Assembly: GCA_001771135.1 (NCBI GenBank)
Contig: MESW01000010.1
Coordinates: 1-47,748 of the forward strand
Length of the DNA: 47,748 nucleotides
Direction of reading: 5' to 3'
Origin: a candidate division CPR3 bacterium GWF2_35_18
Lineage (GTDB): Bacteria; Patescibacteriota; CPR3; GWF2-35-18
Shown piece after piece: positions 19,430-29,350 of the stretch (position 1 is the stretch's first letter; the number at the start of each line of letters is the position of its first letter). Below the pieces are notes generated by a model that did not search any database, was not told the origin of the DNA, and saw only the letters and a program-made list of their open reading frames with translations. Position numbers and translations under genes: made by a program.

Positions 19430-20593
19430 ATGTCACGAAATGAATTTGTAGCGGCTTTAAAACAAGTCTGTGCCGAAAGAGGCTTGGAAACAGAGGTTGT
19501 TCTTGAGGCTTTGCGAGTTGCACTGGTTGCCGCTTATCGAAAAGATCACGATGAAAGTGAAGATCTATCAGCAACGATTGATCCGGAAACGGGAGAAGCA
19601 AATATCTACGAAAAAGAAAAAAATGTTACTCCTCCGGGTTTTGGCAGAATTGCAGCTCAGACCGCAAAACAGGTAATTTTACAAAAAATCCGCGAAGCGG
19701 AGAAAACTGCGATTGTAAGTGATTTTGAGAAAAAAGTTGGACTGGCCGTTTCTGGTTTGGTACAACGTTTTGAGGGACAAAATGTGATCGTTGATTTGGG
19801 AAAAGCTTCAGGAATAATGCCTCCTCAAGAAAAAGTCCCTACAGAACATTATCGACTGAATCAAAGACTTAAAGTTTTAATTAAAAAGATTCGCGAAGGT
19901 AAAAGAGGTCCGGAAATTATTATTTCTCGAAGTGATAAAGACCTTGTGAAACAGTTATTTGATATGGAAGTTCCTGAGATTCGTTCGGGCGCTGTTGAAG
20001 TTGCAGCCATTTCTCGAGAACCTGGTTCTCGATCAAAAGTGGCCGTAAAATCAAATCAACAAGGAGTTGATCCTATCGGTTCCTGCGTTGGTCAAAAGGG
20101 TGTTCGAGTACAATCAGTAACCCGCGAACTTTTCGATGAGAAAATTGATCTTGTAAACTTCTCTGAAGATCCGGAAAAGTTCGTGGTCGCTTCTCTATCT
20201 CCAGCTCGAGTTTCCGATATTAAAGTCAATAAAAAGAAACTTAAAGCAACAGTTTATGTAGGAGAAGATCAGCTTTCTCTAGCGATTGGAAAAGAAGGGC
20301 AAAACGCTCGACTTGCAGCAAAATTAACCGGGTGGAAAATTGATATCAAACAAGAAAAAGATCGGAAAGATCAGGAATCTGACAATGAAGAAGAGGAAAA
20401 AACTGAAGCTAAAGAAGAAACAGAAAGTAATGAATTAATTGCAAGTGGTTTGGGGAAAAGAATAGTTTCTACTTTGGAAAAAGCGGGAATTAAAAGCATC
20501 GAAGATTTGAAGAACAAAGACCCAAAAGAGTTAGTAAAGATTAAAGGATTAGGGAAAAAGGCTTTAGAAGAGATTGAAGCGGTTTTGAAATAA
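19430..20593 (+). CDS. nusA: Transcription termination factor NusA with C-terminal HhH extension
   Basis: FGRIAAQTAKQVI.QKIREAE, S1 and KH domains, LSLAIGKEGQNARLAAKLTGWKIDI, IKGLGKK. Confidence 0.98.
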   Translation: MSRNEFVAALKQVCAERGLETEVVLEALRVALVAAYRKDHDESEDLSATIDPETGEANIYEKEKNVTPPGFGRIAAQTAKQVILQKIREAEKTAIVSDFEKKVGLAVSGLVQRFEGQNVIVDLGKASGIMPPQEKVPTEHYRLNQRLKVLIKKIREGKRGPEIIISRSDKDLVKQLFDMEVPEIRSGAVEVAAISREPGSRSKVAVKSNQQGVDPIGSCVGQKGVRVQSVTRELFDEKIDLVNFSEDPEKFVVASLSPARVSDIKVNKKKLKATVYVGEDQLSLAIGKEGQNARLAAKLTGWKIDIKQEKDRKDQESDNEEEEKTEAKEETESNELIASGLGKRIVSTLEKAGIKSIEDLKNKDPKELVKIKGLGKKALEEIEAVLK

Positions 20594-20611
20594 TTGAAGG
20601 TTATTACGAAA

Positions 20612-20902
20612 ATGAAAGTAAAAAAAATCCCCTTACGTACATGTGTTGGTTGTGGACTGATTCGACCCAAAAGAGAATTAGTCAGAATGATTGTGGGAGA
20701 GGATGGAAGTTTAAAAATTGATCCTACTGGAAAAGCGAAGGGTCGTGGAGCATATCTGTGTCGAATTTCGGAAGAGATCTTAGGAGTGCAAAGCGGACAG
20801 ATTAAATCACGCGAAGATCAGACTTTTACTCCTAATTCTGAATGCCAACAGAAAGCGACCGAAAAACATGCTCTGGAAAGAGCACTAAAAAAGAGTAAAT
20901 AA
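20612..20902 (+). CDS. ylxR: YlxR/RnpM (DUF448) RNA-binding protein
   Basis: PLRTCVGC, KRELVR, GRGAYLC; position between nusA and infB. Confidence 0.9.
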   Translation: MKVKKIPLRTCVGCGLIRPKRELVRMIVGEDGSLKIDPTGKAKGRGAYLCRISEEILGVQSGQIKSREDQTFTPNSECQQKATEKHALERALKKSK

Positions 20903-20906
20903 AATA

Positions 20907-22448
20907 ATGGTGAAAAAAAAGATAAATACTAAAAAAACAACAGAGAATATTTTGGTAACCCGTCCTCCAATTGTTACGGTGATGGGGCATGTTGATCATG
21001 GTAAAACTACTCTTCTTGATGCAATTAGAAAAACTAGAATTCAGCAGAAAGAAACTGGAGGAATGACCCAGTCGATTGGAGCATATCAGGTAAATGTGAA
21101 GACAAAAGAGGGAGTGAAACCGATTACTTTTATTGATACTCCAGGACATGCTGCTTTCACGGCTATGCGTAGTCGTGGGGCAAAAACTACCGATATTGTC
21201 GTTCTTGTTGTCGCTGCCAATGATGGGGTAATGCCTCAAACAATTGAAGCTATTGATCACGCTAAACAGGCTGGAGTTCCAATCATTGTTGCGGTAAACA
21301 AAATAGACCTTCCCGATATTAATATTGATAAAATAAAAGATCAGCTTTCAAAGTATGATCTACTTCCTGAAGATTGGGGAGGAAAGACTATCTTTGTTCC
21401 TTTATCAGCAAAATCAGGGAAGAATATTGAAGGACTATTAGAAATGATTTTGCTTTTGGCAGAGATGGAAGAATTGAAATATGATCCCAAGACTCCATTT
21501 TCAGCCGTTATTATTGAGTCTTACCTTGACTCTAAAAGGGGTCCGGTTGCTGACATTGTTGTGAAGTCGGGATTATTAAAAAGAGGTGAGGAAGTTTGGA
21601 TTAATGATCTTTCTGGGAAAAATTTTATTTCGGGGAAGATAAAGGGAATTATTGACGATCATGGATTGCAAGTTTCCGAAGCTGGAGTTTCTATGCCAGT
21701 TGAGATTTTGGGGCTAAAAAGTGTCGTTCCGGTAGGAGAATATTTATATAAAGATAAAATTGAAAAAGTTTTAGAGATAAGCCAAATAAATCCAGAAAGT
21801 GCTAAGAAAAAGGTGTCTCTCGAAGATTTTTTTGGCGACACTACAATTAAAAATGTTGAAGAAGAGCTGAAGTTAATTCTGAAATCAGAAAGCCAGGGAA
21901 CTCTAGAAGCCTTAGTTCAATCATTACAAAAACTCAGTCAAGATAAGATGAAGTTGAGCATTATTCATGCTGGAACAGGTCCAGTTACAGAGTCAGATAT
22001 TCTTCTTGCCAAAGCAAGTCACGCTTATGTTTTTTCTTTTCGATTGAAGCAAGGTGCGGAGATGGTTAGTTTTGCGAATAACGAAGATGTACTCTTTGAA
22101 AATTATGAGGTGATTTATAAACTGATCGAAGAGGTAGAAAGATTACTAAAAGGTGAAGAAAAGCTGAAACGGATTGAAAATATCTTTGGTAAAGCTGAAG
22201 TGAAAGCGGTTTTTATCGGGACAAAGAATCGAAAGATTGCAGGGATTAAGGTAACCGAGGGATTTTTGAAAAAAGGAAAGCGTATCAGAATCATGCGTCA
22301 GGAAGAAAATGTCCATGAGTCTAAAATCAGATTAATAAAACACCTGAAAAATAATGTAGATGAACTAAAAAAAGGTATGGAAGGTGGTATCACTTTAGAA
22401 TCTGATTTCAATTTTGAGGTCTCTGATATCCTTGAGAGCTTCAGTTAA
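20907..22448 (+). CDS. infB: Translation initiation factor IF-2 (no N-terminal domain)
   Basis: [32 protein letters not shown]. Confidence 0.97.
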   Translation: MVKKKINTKKTTENILVTRPPIVTVMGHVDHGKTTLLDAIRKTRIQQKETGGMTQSIGAYQVNVKTKEGVKPITFIDTPGHAAFTAMRSRGAKTTDIVVLVVAANDGVMPQTIEAIDHAKQAGVPIIVAVNKIDLPDINIDKIKDQLSKYDLLPEDWGGKTIFVPLSAKSGKNIEGLLEMILLLAEMEELKYDPKTPFSAVIIESYLDSKRGPVADIVVKSGLLKRGEEVWINDLSGKNFISGKIKGIIDDHGLQVSEAGVSMPVEILGLKSVVPVGEYLYKDKIEKVLEISQINPESAKKKVSLEDFFGDTTIKNVEEELKLILKSESQGTLEALVQSLQKLSQDKMKLSIIHAGTGPVTESDILLAKASHAYVFSFRLKQGAEMVSFANNEDVLFENYEVIYKLIEEVERLLKGEEKLKRIENIFGKAEVKAVFIGTKNRKIAGIKVTEGFLKKGKRIRIMRQEENVHESKIRLIKHLKNNVDELKKGMEGGITLESDFNFEVSDILESFS

Positions 22449-22476
22449 ACATCTTCCCCATTTAACTTGTAAAATA

Positions 22477-22505
22477 TTGACATATACTATAGGATGTGGT
22501 AAAGT
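22477..22505 (+). promoter_or_regulatory. Internal sigma70 promoter for the DHH-like gene
   Basis: TTGACA-17nt-TAAAGT with an extended -10 TG. Confidence 0.6.
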
Positions 22506-22540
22506 TCTTCGGTTACAAGAAGAAAATTAAGGTTTTATAT

Positions 22541-23446
22541 ATGGAAAATACTACAAATATTGAACAAATAAAAGAGCTGCTTCAGAATGCAATCGAAGTG
22601 ATGATCGCTCTTCCTCTTGGATCAAATAAAGAGAATATCCTTTCGGCTTTAGCCTTACAGGCAGTTTTAGAATCAAAGAATAAAAAAGTATCAATATACT
22701 GCGATTCAAAAGAGGTTGAAAATCTTTCTTTTTTAGAAAAAGCACAACTAATTAATAAACAGATAGCGCCAGAAAATCTGGTAGTTTCATTGGGTTATAC
22801 AAAAGATCAGATTGAAAAAGTTGGATATGAAAGTAAAGATAATCAGTTCAATCTGATTATTACACCCAAAAGAGGTAGAATTGATTCTTCTCAAATTACT
22901 TTTATGACTCAGGGCATTAATACTGATTTAGTTATAGTTTTAGGGGCGAAAAAACTTGAAGATTTAGGTGATTCCTATCTAGATCATAAAGAAGAATTTG
23001 CTTCTGACAAAATTTTTAATGTTGATAATCATGATGGAAATGAATTTTATGGGGCAGTAAATTTCGTTGATATTTCGAAAACAACCTTAGCAGAAGTCTT
23101 GATGCCTATTTTTGATGTTTTAGAAGTAGACTGGAAAAACCAAATTGCAGATTTACTTTTGATGGGTATCTATTTAGGAACTCAGAGTTTTCAATCTCAA
23201 AATATAAATGCGCAAACTTTTATGGCTGTTAGCTCCTTAATCGGTAAAGGGGCGAATTTACAATACGTTGTCACTTCTTTGTATGATAAGAAGAACAAAA
23301 ACGAAGAATTTAAGTCCGATGTTGCCAAGGACTCTTTGGATAACGTTCTTCAAGCTCAGACTCCTCCTACCCCGTTTATGAAGGGACAAGAAGATCAGAT
23401 TCAGATTGAAGAACCTCCCGTATTTCAAAACACTGGAGAGTTTTAA
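22541..23446 (+). CDS. Degenerate DHH-family (NrnA-like) phosphoesterase
   Basis: DHH fold pattern with eroded motifs (DLVIVLG, NVDNHDGN, GIYLGTQSF); syntenic with nrnA after infB. ATG at 22541 preferred. Confidence 0.75.
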   Translation: MENTTNIEQIKELLQNAIEVMIALPLGSNKENILSALALQAVLESKNKKVSIYCDSKEVENLSFLEKAQLINKQIAPENLVVSLGYTKDQIEKVGYESKDNQFNLIITPKRGRIDSSQITFMTQGINTDLVIVLGAKKLEDLGDSYLDHKEEFASDKIFNVDNHDGNEFYGAVNFVDISKTTLAEVLMPIFDVLEVDWKNQIADLLLMGIYLGTQSFQSQNINAQTFMAVSSLIGKGANLQYVVTSLYDKKNKNEEFKSDVAKDSLDNVLQAQTPPTPFMKGQEDQIQIEEPPVFQNTGEF

Positions 23447-23495
23447 CACAAGAAAGAAATATCTTTCACGATTTTCGCTTTTAGCGATAGAGTGA

Positions 23496-23520
23496 GAAGA
23501 TCTATATTATGTAGATCTTC
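23496..23520. terminator. Hairpin downstream of the DHH-like gene (possible terminator)
   Basis: GAAGATCTATA-TTA-TGTAGATCTTC; no strong U-tract. Confidence 0.35.
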
Positions 23521-23717
23521 AAACCGCCGCTTGATCCTATTCTTATGACTATGTTAGAATAGAATATAGCGATTCAAAGATAGAATGTTAGATTTTTATA
23601 TTGATAGTTGCTATAAGTGAATTCAAAATAAAATAAGGAATGACATTTGTATTGAATTCACTATAGGTAAGTATGACGGATTTTTTACTTTTAAAGAAGG
23701 ATAAAAGGATTTATTGA

Positions 23718-23984
23718 ATGTTAGATAAAAACACGAAAAGCAAAATTATTACTGAATATTCTCAAGGTAATGGTGATACTGGTTCTCCCGAGATTCAGGT
23801 GGCTCTTTTAACTGAAAAGATTAAAAAACTTACTTCTCATTTAAAAATCCATAAAAAAGATAACCATTCTCGTCGTGGACTCATGCAGATGGTCGGTAAA
23901 AGAAGAAGACTTCTTAACTATCTCATGAAAAAAGATGAAAAACGTTATCAAGGCTTAATTGAGAAGCTTGGTCTCTCAAAATAA
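23718..23984 (+). CDS. rpsO: 30S ribosomal protein S15
   Basis: [34 protein letters not shown]. Confidence 0.99.
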   Translation: MLDKNTKSKIITEYSQGNGDTGSPEIQVALLTEKIKKLTSHLKIHKKDNHSRRGLMQMVGKRRRLLNYLMKKDEKRYQGLIEKLGLSK

Positions 23985-24090
23985 AGATCACAGTTAACCA
24001 TCTTCGTTTTTCATAAGAAACCAACTTGCTCATTTATACGATTACAAAGTTTTAGATAAAAAGTACCTTAAATGGTATATAAATTAGGAG

Positions 24091-24222
24091 TAGAGAGATT
24101 AAAAAGTAATTATTAGAAACGTTGGACTCAAAGTTCAAAACGGCAGCTTAAACAAAATTTCAGTTGCGATTTTGAGTTTTGAGGTTTAACGTTACAAATA
24201 TTTGTCTTCCTTAGTTTCTCTA
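24091..24222 (+). promoter_or_regulatory. Long stem-loop in the rpsO-pnp spacer (candidate RNase III processing site)
   Basis: AACGTTGGACTCAAAGTTCAAAACGGCAGCT pairs with AGTTGCGATTTTGAGTTTTGAGGTTTAACGTT (24118-24193), with outer TAGAGAGATT/AGTTTCTCTA. Confidence 0.7.
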
Positions 24223-24231
24223 TAAATTTTC

Positions 24232-26397
24232 ATGGCAGAAAAAATTATAAAAGAATTGGAGTTTGCAGGTAAACCACTTATAATTGAAACTGGTTTATTG
24301 GCACCCCAGGCAAATTGTGCTGTCAAAGTACAGTACGGAGAAACAGTGGTTTTAGTAACAGCGGTAGCTGGTTCAGTAAGAGAAGATTTGGGTTATTTCC
24401 CGCTATCTGTTGAATATGAAGAGAAGTATTATGCTGGAGGAAGAATTAGTAGCTCTCGATTTATCAAACGCGAGACAAGACCACAAGATGAAGCGATTTT
24501 GAAAGGCCGTCTTATTGATCGTTCCATTCGTCCATTATTTCCCAAAGATTATAAAAATGAAACGCAAGTTATCGTGACAGTGCTTTCCGTTGATAAAGAG
24601 AATGATCCGGATATTGTAGGTCTGATCGGAGCTTCGGCGGTGCTTTCACTGTCCAATATTCCTTGGAAAGGGCCAATTGCGGGAGTTAGAGTGGGTAAAA
24701 CTGAAACCGGTTATGTCTTAAATCCGGTTAATGGTGATTTGGAAAAATCAACTTTAGACCTCGTTGTTTCTGGTTCCAAAGAAAATATTCTGATGATTGA
24801 AGCTGGAGCCAAAGAGGTAAAAGAAGAAGAGCTTATTGAAGCTCTAAAGTTAGCTCAAACTGAAAATAGTAAAGTAATTACAGCTTTGGAAGAGTTTGTC
24901 AAAGAATCCGGTCAGGAAAAAATGACCTACGCGGTAGAAGAATTAAATACTGACGTGAAAAAGAGTATCCTTGATTTTATTAAAGAAAGTGCTAAAGATG
25001 AGCTTCTTTCTAAAGATCGGGTGGAAAGAGAATCGGCTTCAGGAGAATTTTTAGAAAAGATTTATCTTCAATTTGAAGGTAAATTACCTAAAGAAGACAT
25101 GAAAGAGATTTTTGAAGAAGAGATGAAAAGAATGATTCGGGAAAATATTGTGGAAAAAGATTTGCGTCCTGATGGTCGCGGATTGGAAGAAGTTCGACCT
25201 CTGACAATTCAGGTCGGGATTTTACCACGCACACACGGATCAGGTCTTTTTCAACGCGGTTTAACCCAGGTACTTTCTTTAGTGACTTTGGGCTCGACTT
25301 CTTTACAACAGCTAATTGAAAATATGGAAGGTGAAGAGAAAAAACGATACATGCATCATTATAATTTTCCTCCCTATTCCGTGGGAGAAGTAAATCGTCT
25401 CGGTCCTCCACCTCGCCGTAGTATTGGACACGGCGCTTTGGCGGAAAAATCTTTGATTCCAGTGATTCCTGATAAAGAACTTTTTCCCTATACTATTCGT
25501 GTGGTTTCTGAATGTTTGTCTTCAGCTGGTTCAACTTCAATGGGTTCGGTTTGTGGCTCAACAATCGCTTTGATGGATGCGGGTGTACCTTTGAAAAAAC
25601 CGGTTGCAGGTGTGGCGATGGGAGTCGTTTTTAAAGACGATAAATATAAAGTTTTAACCGATATTCAAGCTCTCGAAGATTTTTACGGCGATATGGATTT
25701 TAAAGTCGCCGGAACCGTCGATGGAATCACCGCCATTCAGCTTGATGTAAAAACTTTGAAATTAACTATCGATATTCTTGCTGAGGCATTAATGCAAGCA
25801 AAACGAGGACGTCTTTTTATTATGGAAAAGATGTTAGCGGTTATTGATAAGCCGCGAGCCACCTTATCCAAATATGCTCCAAAGGTTGAAGTGATTAAAA
25901 TTGATCCCAAAAAAATTGGTGAAGTTATCGGTCCGGGCGGTAAAGTTATTAATAAAATTATAGAGGAAACTCTTACTGAAATTGATATTGAAGAAGATGG
26001 ATCAGTAAATGTTTCTGGAGAAACCGTTGAGGGAATTAAAAAAGCGATTGCGATGATCGAAGGGATTGTTAAAGAGATTATGCCGGGAGAAATATATACC
26101 GGAAAAGTAGTCAAAATCATGGACTTTGGAGCAATTGTAGAACTGTTGCCCAAAAAATCAGGAATGGTACATATCTCTCAGATTACCGATCATCACTTAG
26201 ATAAAGTGGAAGATGCTTTGTCTTTGGGACAAGAAGTGACAGTCAAAGTTCGTGAAATTGATAATATGGGAAGAGTAAACTTGACAATGCGACTTACTGA
26301 CGCGAATAATGGAAGTAATGATGATCGTGGTCCACGTTCTCATGGAGGACAGAAAAGAGATAATTTTCGTCGACCCGATTTTAGAAAAAGAAATTAA
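24232..26397 (+). CDS. pnp: Polyribonucleotide nucleotidyltransferase (PNPase)
   Basis: RLIDRSIRPLF, RPDGR, GDMDFKVAGT, KH (IGPGGK) and S1 domains. Confidence 0.99.
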   Translation: MAEKIIKELEFAGKPLIIETGLLAPQANCAVKVQYGETVVLVTAVAGSVREDLGYFPLSVEYEEKYYAGGRISSSRFIKRETRPQDEAILKGRLIDRSIRPLFPKDYKNETQVIVTVLSVDKENDPDIVGLIGASAVLSLSNIPWKGPIAGVRVGKTETGYVLNPVNGDLEKSTLDLVVSGSKENILMIEAGAKEVKEEELIEALKLAQTENSKVITALEEFVKESGQEKMTYAVEELNTDVKKSILDFIKESAKDELLSKDRVERESASGEFLEKIYLQFEGKLPKEDMKEIFEEEMKRMIRENIVEKDLRPDGRGLEEVRPLTIQVGILPRTHGSGLFQRGLTQVLSLVTLGSTSLQQLIENMEGEEKKRYMHHYNFPPYSVGEVNRLGPPPRRSIGHGALAEKSLIPVIPDKELFPYTIRVVSECLSSAGSTSMGSVCGSTIALMDAGVPLKKPVAGVAMGVVFKDDKYKVLTDIQALEDFYGDMDFKVAGTVDGITAIQLDVKTLKLTIDILAEALMQAKRGRLFIMEKMLAVIDKPRATLSKYAPKVEVIKIDPKKIGEVIGPGGKVINKIIEETLTEIDIEEDGSVNVSGETVEGIKKAIAMIEGIVKEIMPGEIYTGKVVKIMDFGAIVELLPKKSGMVHISQITDHHLDKVEDALSLGQEVTVKVREIDNMGRVNLTMRLTDANNGSNDDRGPRSHGGQKRDNFRRPDFRKRN

Positions 26398-27519
26398 ATG
26401 CCTATGAATACTGCCCCAAAATCTTTAAATACAGATTTAAAAGATGATAATTTCCTCTCACAAGAAGTAGATAAGCTGCAAAAACAGCTTGAAGAAGCAG
26501 TCATTCCACCGGAACTTAAAGAAAATGTACGTTTGATGATTCGACGTGTGGCCAATCTTTTTGGCTCTGCAGCTTATGCTTCTGAATATGAAAATGCTTC
26601 CTTATATCTTGATTGGGTAACTTGCCTGCCTTGGGATAGAAGATCAGAAGATAATCTTGATCTTGATCGTGCTCGGAAAATCCTTGATGTAAATCATTAT
26701 GGAATGGAACCGGTTAAAGAGAGAATTTTGGAATATTTAGCAGTTATAAATCTTCAAGATCGAAAACGAAAATTAAAAACCGAAGAGGAGAAAAAAGGTA
26801 AAGTTCATTTCCGAAATAACGTAATCTTTTTAGTGGGACTTCCTGGTATTGGTAAAACTTCAGTTGCCAAATCGGTAGCTGAAGCTTTAAATAAAGAATT
26901 TGTACGTATTCCTTTTGGAGGAATGGGTTCGGCCGTCATTTTAAGAGGTCAATCACGTGTATTTCCGGATGCGGAACCTGGACTAGTCATTAAAAGCTTG
27001 CGTCGAGCCAAAACGAAAAATCCACTAATTTTGCTTGATGAGATTGATCGTGTGGCTGATTCCGCGAGAGCTGAGATTATGGGAGTTTTACTGGAACTTC
27101 TTGATCCAGAGCAGAATAATGAATATCGGGATCATTTTATCGATTATCCTTTTGATCTTTCCGAGGCGATGTTTATTGCAACTGGAAATAATACCGGAGG
27201 TGTGGCGAATGCCGTTCTTGATCGTTTGGAAGTGATACAAATGCCTTCCTATACCGATCAGGAAAAGTTAGCAATCGCGAGAAACTATCTATTTCCAAAA
27301 GAGATGGCAAATGTAGGACTTTCGGAATCCGATCTTCAAATTGATGAAGATGTTTGGGTCGATATCATTCGTCCTCTTGGCTATGATGCGGGAGTGCGTA
27401 TGTTATCGCGTACAATTCAAGGTATCTGTCGAATTGTAGCCAAAAAAATCGTTTTAGGTGAAGGTAAAAGTTTTCGCGTGACTACTGAAAACGTGAAAGA
27501 GTATTTACCCAAGTGGTAA
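26398..27519 (+). CDS. Lon-derived stand-alone AAA+ ATPase lacking both the N-terminal and protease domains
   Basis: YLDW..LPW, HYG...VKERILEYLAV, GLPGIGKT, LLDEID, LLDPEQN..Y.DH, DLS, DRLE, GVR; stops at the ATPase/protease boundary. Confidence 0.9.
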   Translation: MPMNTAPKSLNTDLKDDNFLSQEVDKLQKQLEEAVIPPELKENVRLMIRRVANLFGSAAYASEYENASLYLDWVTCLPWDRRSEDNLDLDRARKILDVNHYGMEPVKERILEYLAVINLQDRKRKLKTEEEKKGKVHFRNNVIFLVGLPGIGKTSVAKSVAEALNKEFVRIPFGGMGSAVILRGQSRVFPDAEPGLVIKSLRRAKTKNPLILLDEIDRVADSARAEIMGVLLELLDPEQNNEYRDHFIDYPFDLSEAMFIATGNNTGGVANAVLDRLEVIQMPSYTDQEKLAIARNYLFPKEMANVGLSESDLQIDEDVWVDIIRPLGYDAGVRMLSRTIQGICRIVAKKIVLGEGKSFRVTTENVKEYLPKW

Positions 27520-27548
27520 AAACTCTTTGTTAGTATAAGATTTTTTCT

Positions 27549-27578
27549 TTAAAACGCGAGCAGTTGCTCGCGTTTTAA
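27549..27578. terminator. Palindromic intrinsic terminator after the Lon-like ATPase
   Basis: TTAAAACGCGAGCA-GT-TGCTCGCGTTTTAA. Confidence 0.75.
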
Positions 27579-27600
27579 TAGATTGAAAGTGTTTTAAATT

Positions 27601-29328
27601 ATGAATGAAATTATGAATAAAAAAATAGAAAATGATGTTAAAGATATAAGTTCAAATAAATATCACGAAAGTATCTCTTTAAAGAAAATCCTGAAAATAA
27701 TCCCTCTTGGTGGAGCCGGAATGGTAACCAAGAATATGTGGATTTATGAATATGGAGAAGATATTTTGATTATAGATTGCGGAATGGGTTTTCCTGATGA
27801 AGATATGTTGGGAGTGGATATGGTAATTCCTGATATCTCATACTTACGGGAAAGAGCTTCTCGAATAAAAGGAATGTTTTTAACTCATGGTCATGAAGAT
27901 CATATAGGAGCAGTACCTTACGTTCTAAAAGAATTATCGATTCCGCTTTATGGTTCCAAATTAACTTTGGGATTAGTAAGAGCAAAACTTCAAGAATATG
28001 AGATGGACAAGGGAGTTATTTTTAATGTCATTGAGTCTGACGATAAAATAAAAATTGGCAATTTTGATTTGGAATTTGTACATCTTGCACATTCTGTTCC
28101 AGACCATTTAGGGGTAATAATAAAAATTCCAGAAGGAAAGATTTTGCATGCTCCTGATTACAAATTTGACTGGACTCCGGTAGACGGTAAACCAACTGAA
28201 GTACACAAATTAGCCAAACTGCGCGGGGAACTTCTTCTACTGCTTTCTGATTGTGTGAGAATTGAAAAAGATGGTTATACTCTAACAGAGAGAGCTATTG
28301 AAGAGACTTTTGAAAAAGAGATGCAAAAGGCTAAGGGAAGAGTTCTAATTACCACTTTTTCTTCAAATATTTCCAGATTACAACAAGCTATAAATGCTGC
28401 CCAAAAATATCATCGGAAGATTGCCTTTGTAGGTAGAAGTATTTATCGCAACATGGAAGTGGCGCAGCAACTGAATTATCTTTCTTTTCCCAGAGATACT
28501 GTAATTGAGCCTAAGGAAATTAAAAAATATAATCCAGATGAACTGGTGATTTTAATTTCTGGTAGTCAAGGTCAATCCAATTCAGCTTTAGCTCGAGTTG
28601 CCAACGATGATCACCCGATGGTACAGATTCAAGAAGGAGATGTGGTGATTTTTGCTTCTGATCCGATTCCGGGAAATCTGGATTCTGTTTACAAAGTTAT
28701 TGATCAGCTTTCAGAAAGAGGTGCCGAAGTTCGATACAGTGAGATTACTGATGATGTTCATGTCTCAGGACATGCGGCTAAGGAGGAGCTGAAATTTATG
28801 CTTGGTCTGACGCTGCCGAAGTTTTTAGTGCCGATTGGAGGCGAAATTCGACACGGCAAAATGTTTGCCGGAATCGCCAAGGATATGGGAATTCAAGAGA
28901 CTTTGATTATGAAAGAGGGAGATACTTTAAGAATTGAAAATGGGAATTGTAAATTAGGAGAGCGGATAAAAACTTCTGAAGTGATGATTGACGGAGCCGA
29001 TCTTGAGAATATTCAAGATATTGTAATTCGTGATCGCCAGGTCCTTTCTAAAGATGGAATATTTCTAGTAGTTGTGACTATTGATAAAAACGCGAAAACC
29101 TTGATTTCTGAACCAGAGGTTGTTTCGCGCGGTTTTGTCTATATGAAAGAGGCCGATAAAATCTTGGACGATACAAGATCAATCGTGATTCAAACGATTA
29201 AAGGAAAAATCCACGAAGACAGTGATCCAAAGTTTTTACGTCGACAGCTCATCACTGCTTTAGAGAGATATATCTATAAGCAAACAGAGATGAGACCGAT
29301 GATTTTACCGGTTATTATTACGGTCTAA
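27601..29328 (+). CDS. rnj: Ribonuclease J
   Basis: IPLGG, IDCG, THGHEDHIGA, HSVPD, DYKFD, HVSGHA. Confidence 0.97.
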   Translation: MNEIMNKKIENDVKDISSNKYHESISLKKILKIIPLGGAGMVTKNMWIYEYGEDILIIDCGMGFPDEDMLGVDMVIPDISYLRERASRIKGMFLTHGHEDHIGAVPYVLKELSIPLYGSKLTLGLVRAKLQEYEMDKGVIFNVIESDDKIKIGNFDLEFVHLAHSVPDHLGVIIKIPEGKILHAPDYKFDWTPVDGKPTEVHKLAKLRGELLLLLSDCVRIEKDGYTLTERAIEETFEKEMQKAKGRVLITTFSSNISRLQQAINAAQKYHRKIAFVGRSIYRNMEVAQQLNYLSFPRDTVIEPKEIKKYNPDELVILISGSQGQSNSALARVANDDHPMVQIQEGDVVIFASDPIPGNLDSVYKVIDQLSERGAEVRYSEITDDVHVSGHAAKEELKFMLGLTLPKFLVPIGGEIRHGKMFAGIAKDMGIQETLIMKEGDTLRIENGNCKLGERIKTSEVMIDGADLENIQDIVIRDRQVLSKDGIFLVVVTIDKNAKTLISEPEVVSRGFVYMKEADKILDDTRSIVIQTIKGKIHEDSDPKFLRRQLITALERYIYKQTEMRPMILPVIITV

Positions 29329-29350
29329 GTTGCAGTATAATATATCCTAT

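Noticed and set aside
20832-21260. Antisense and alternative-frame ORFs (e.g. 20832..21260, 12723..13130, 25737..26153, 11366..11740, 17..253, 45644..45853)
   Set aside because: Shadows of well-supported genes, with no motifs or initiation signals.
27520-27600. Frameshifted Lon protease domain (pseudogene)
   Set aside because: Only 81 nt, containing a terminator, separate the stop from rnj; there is no room for a protease domain.
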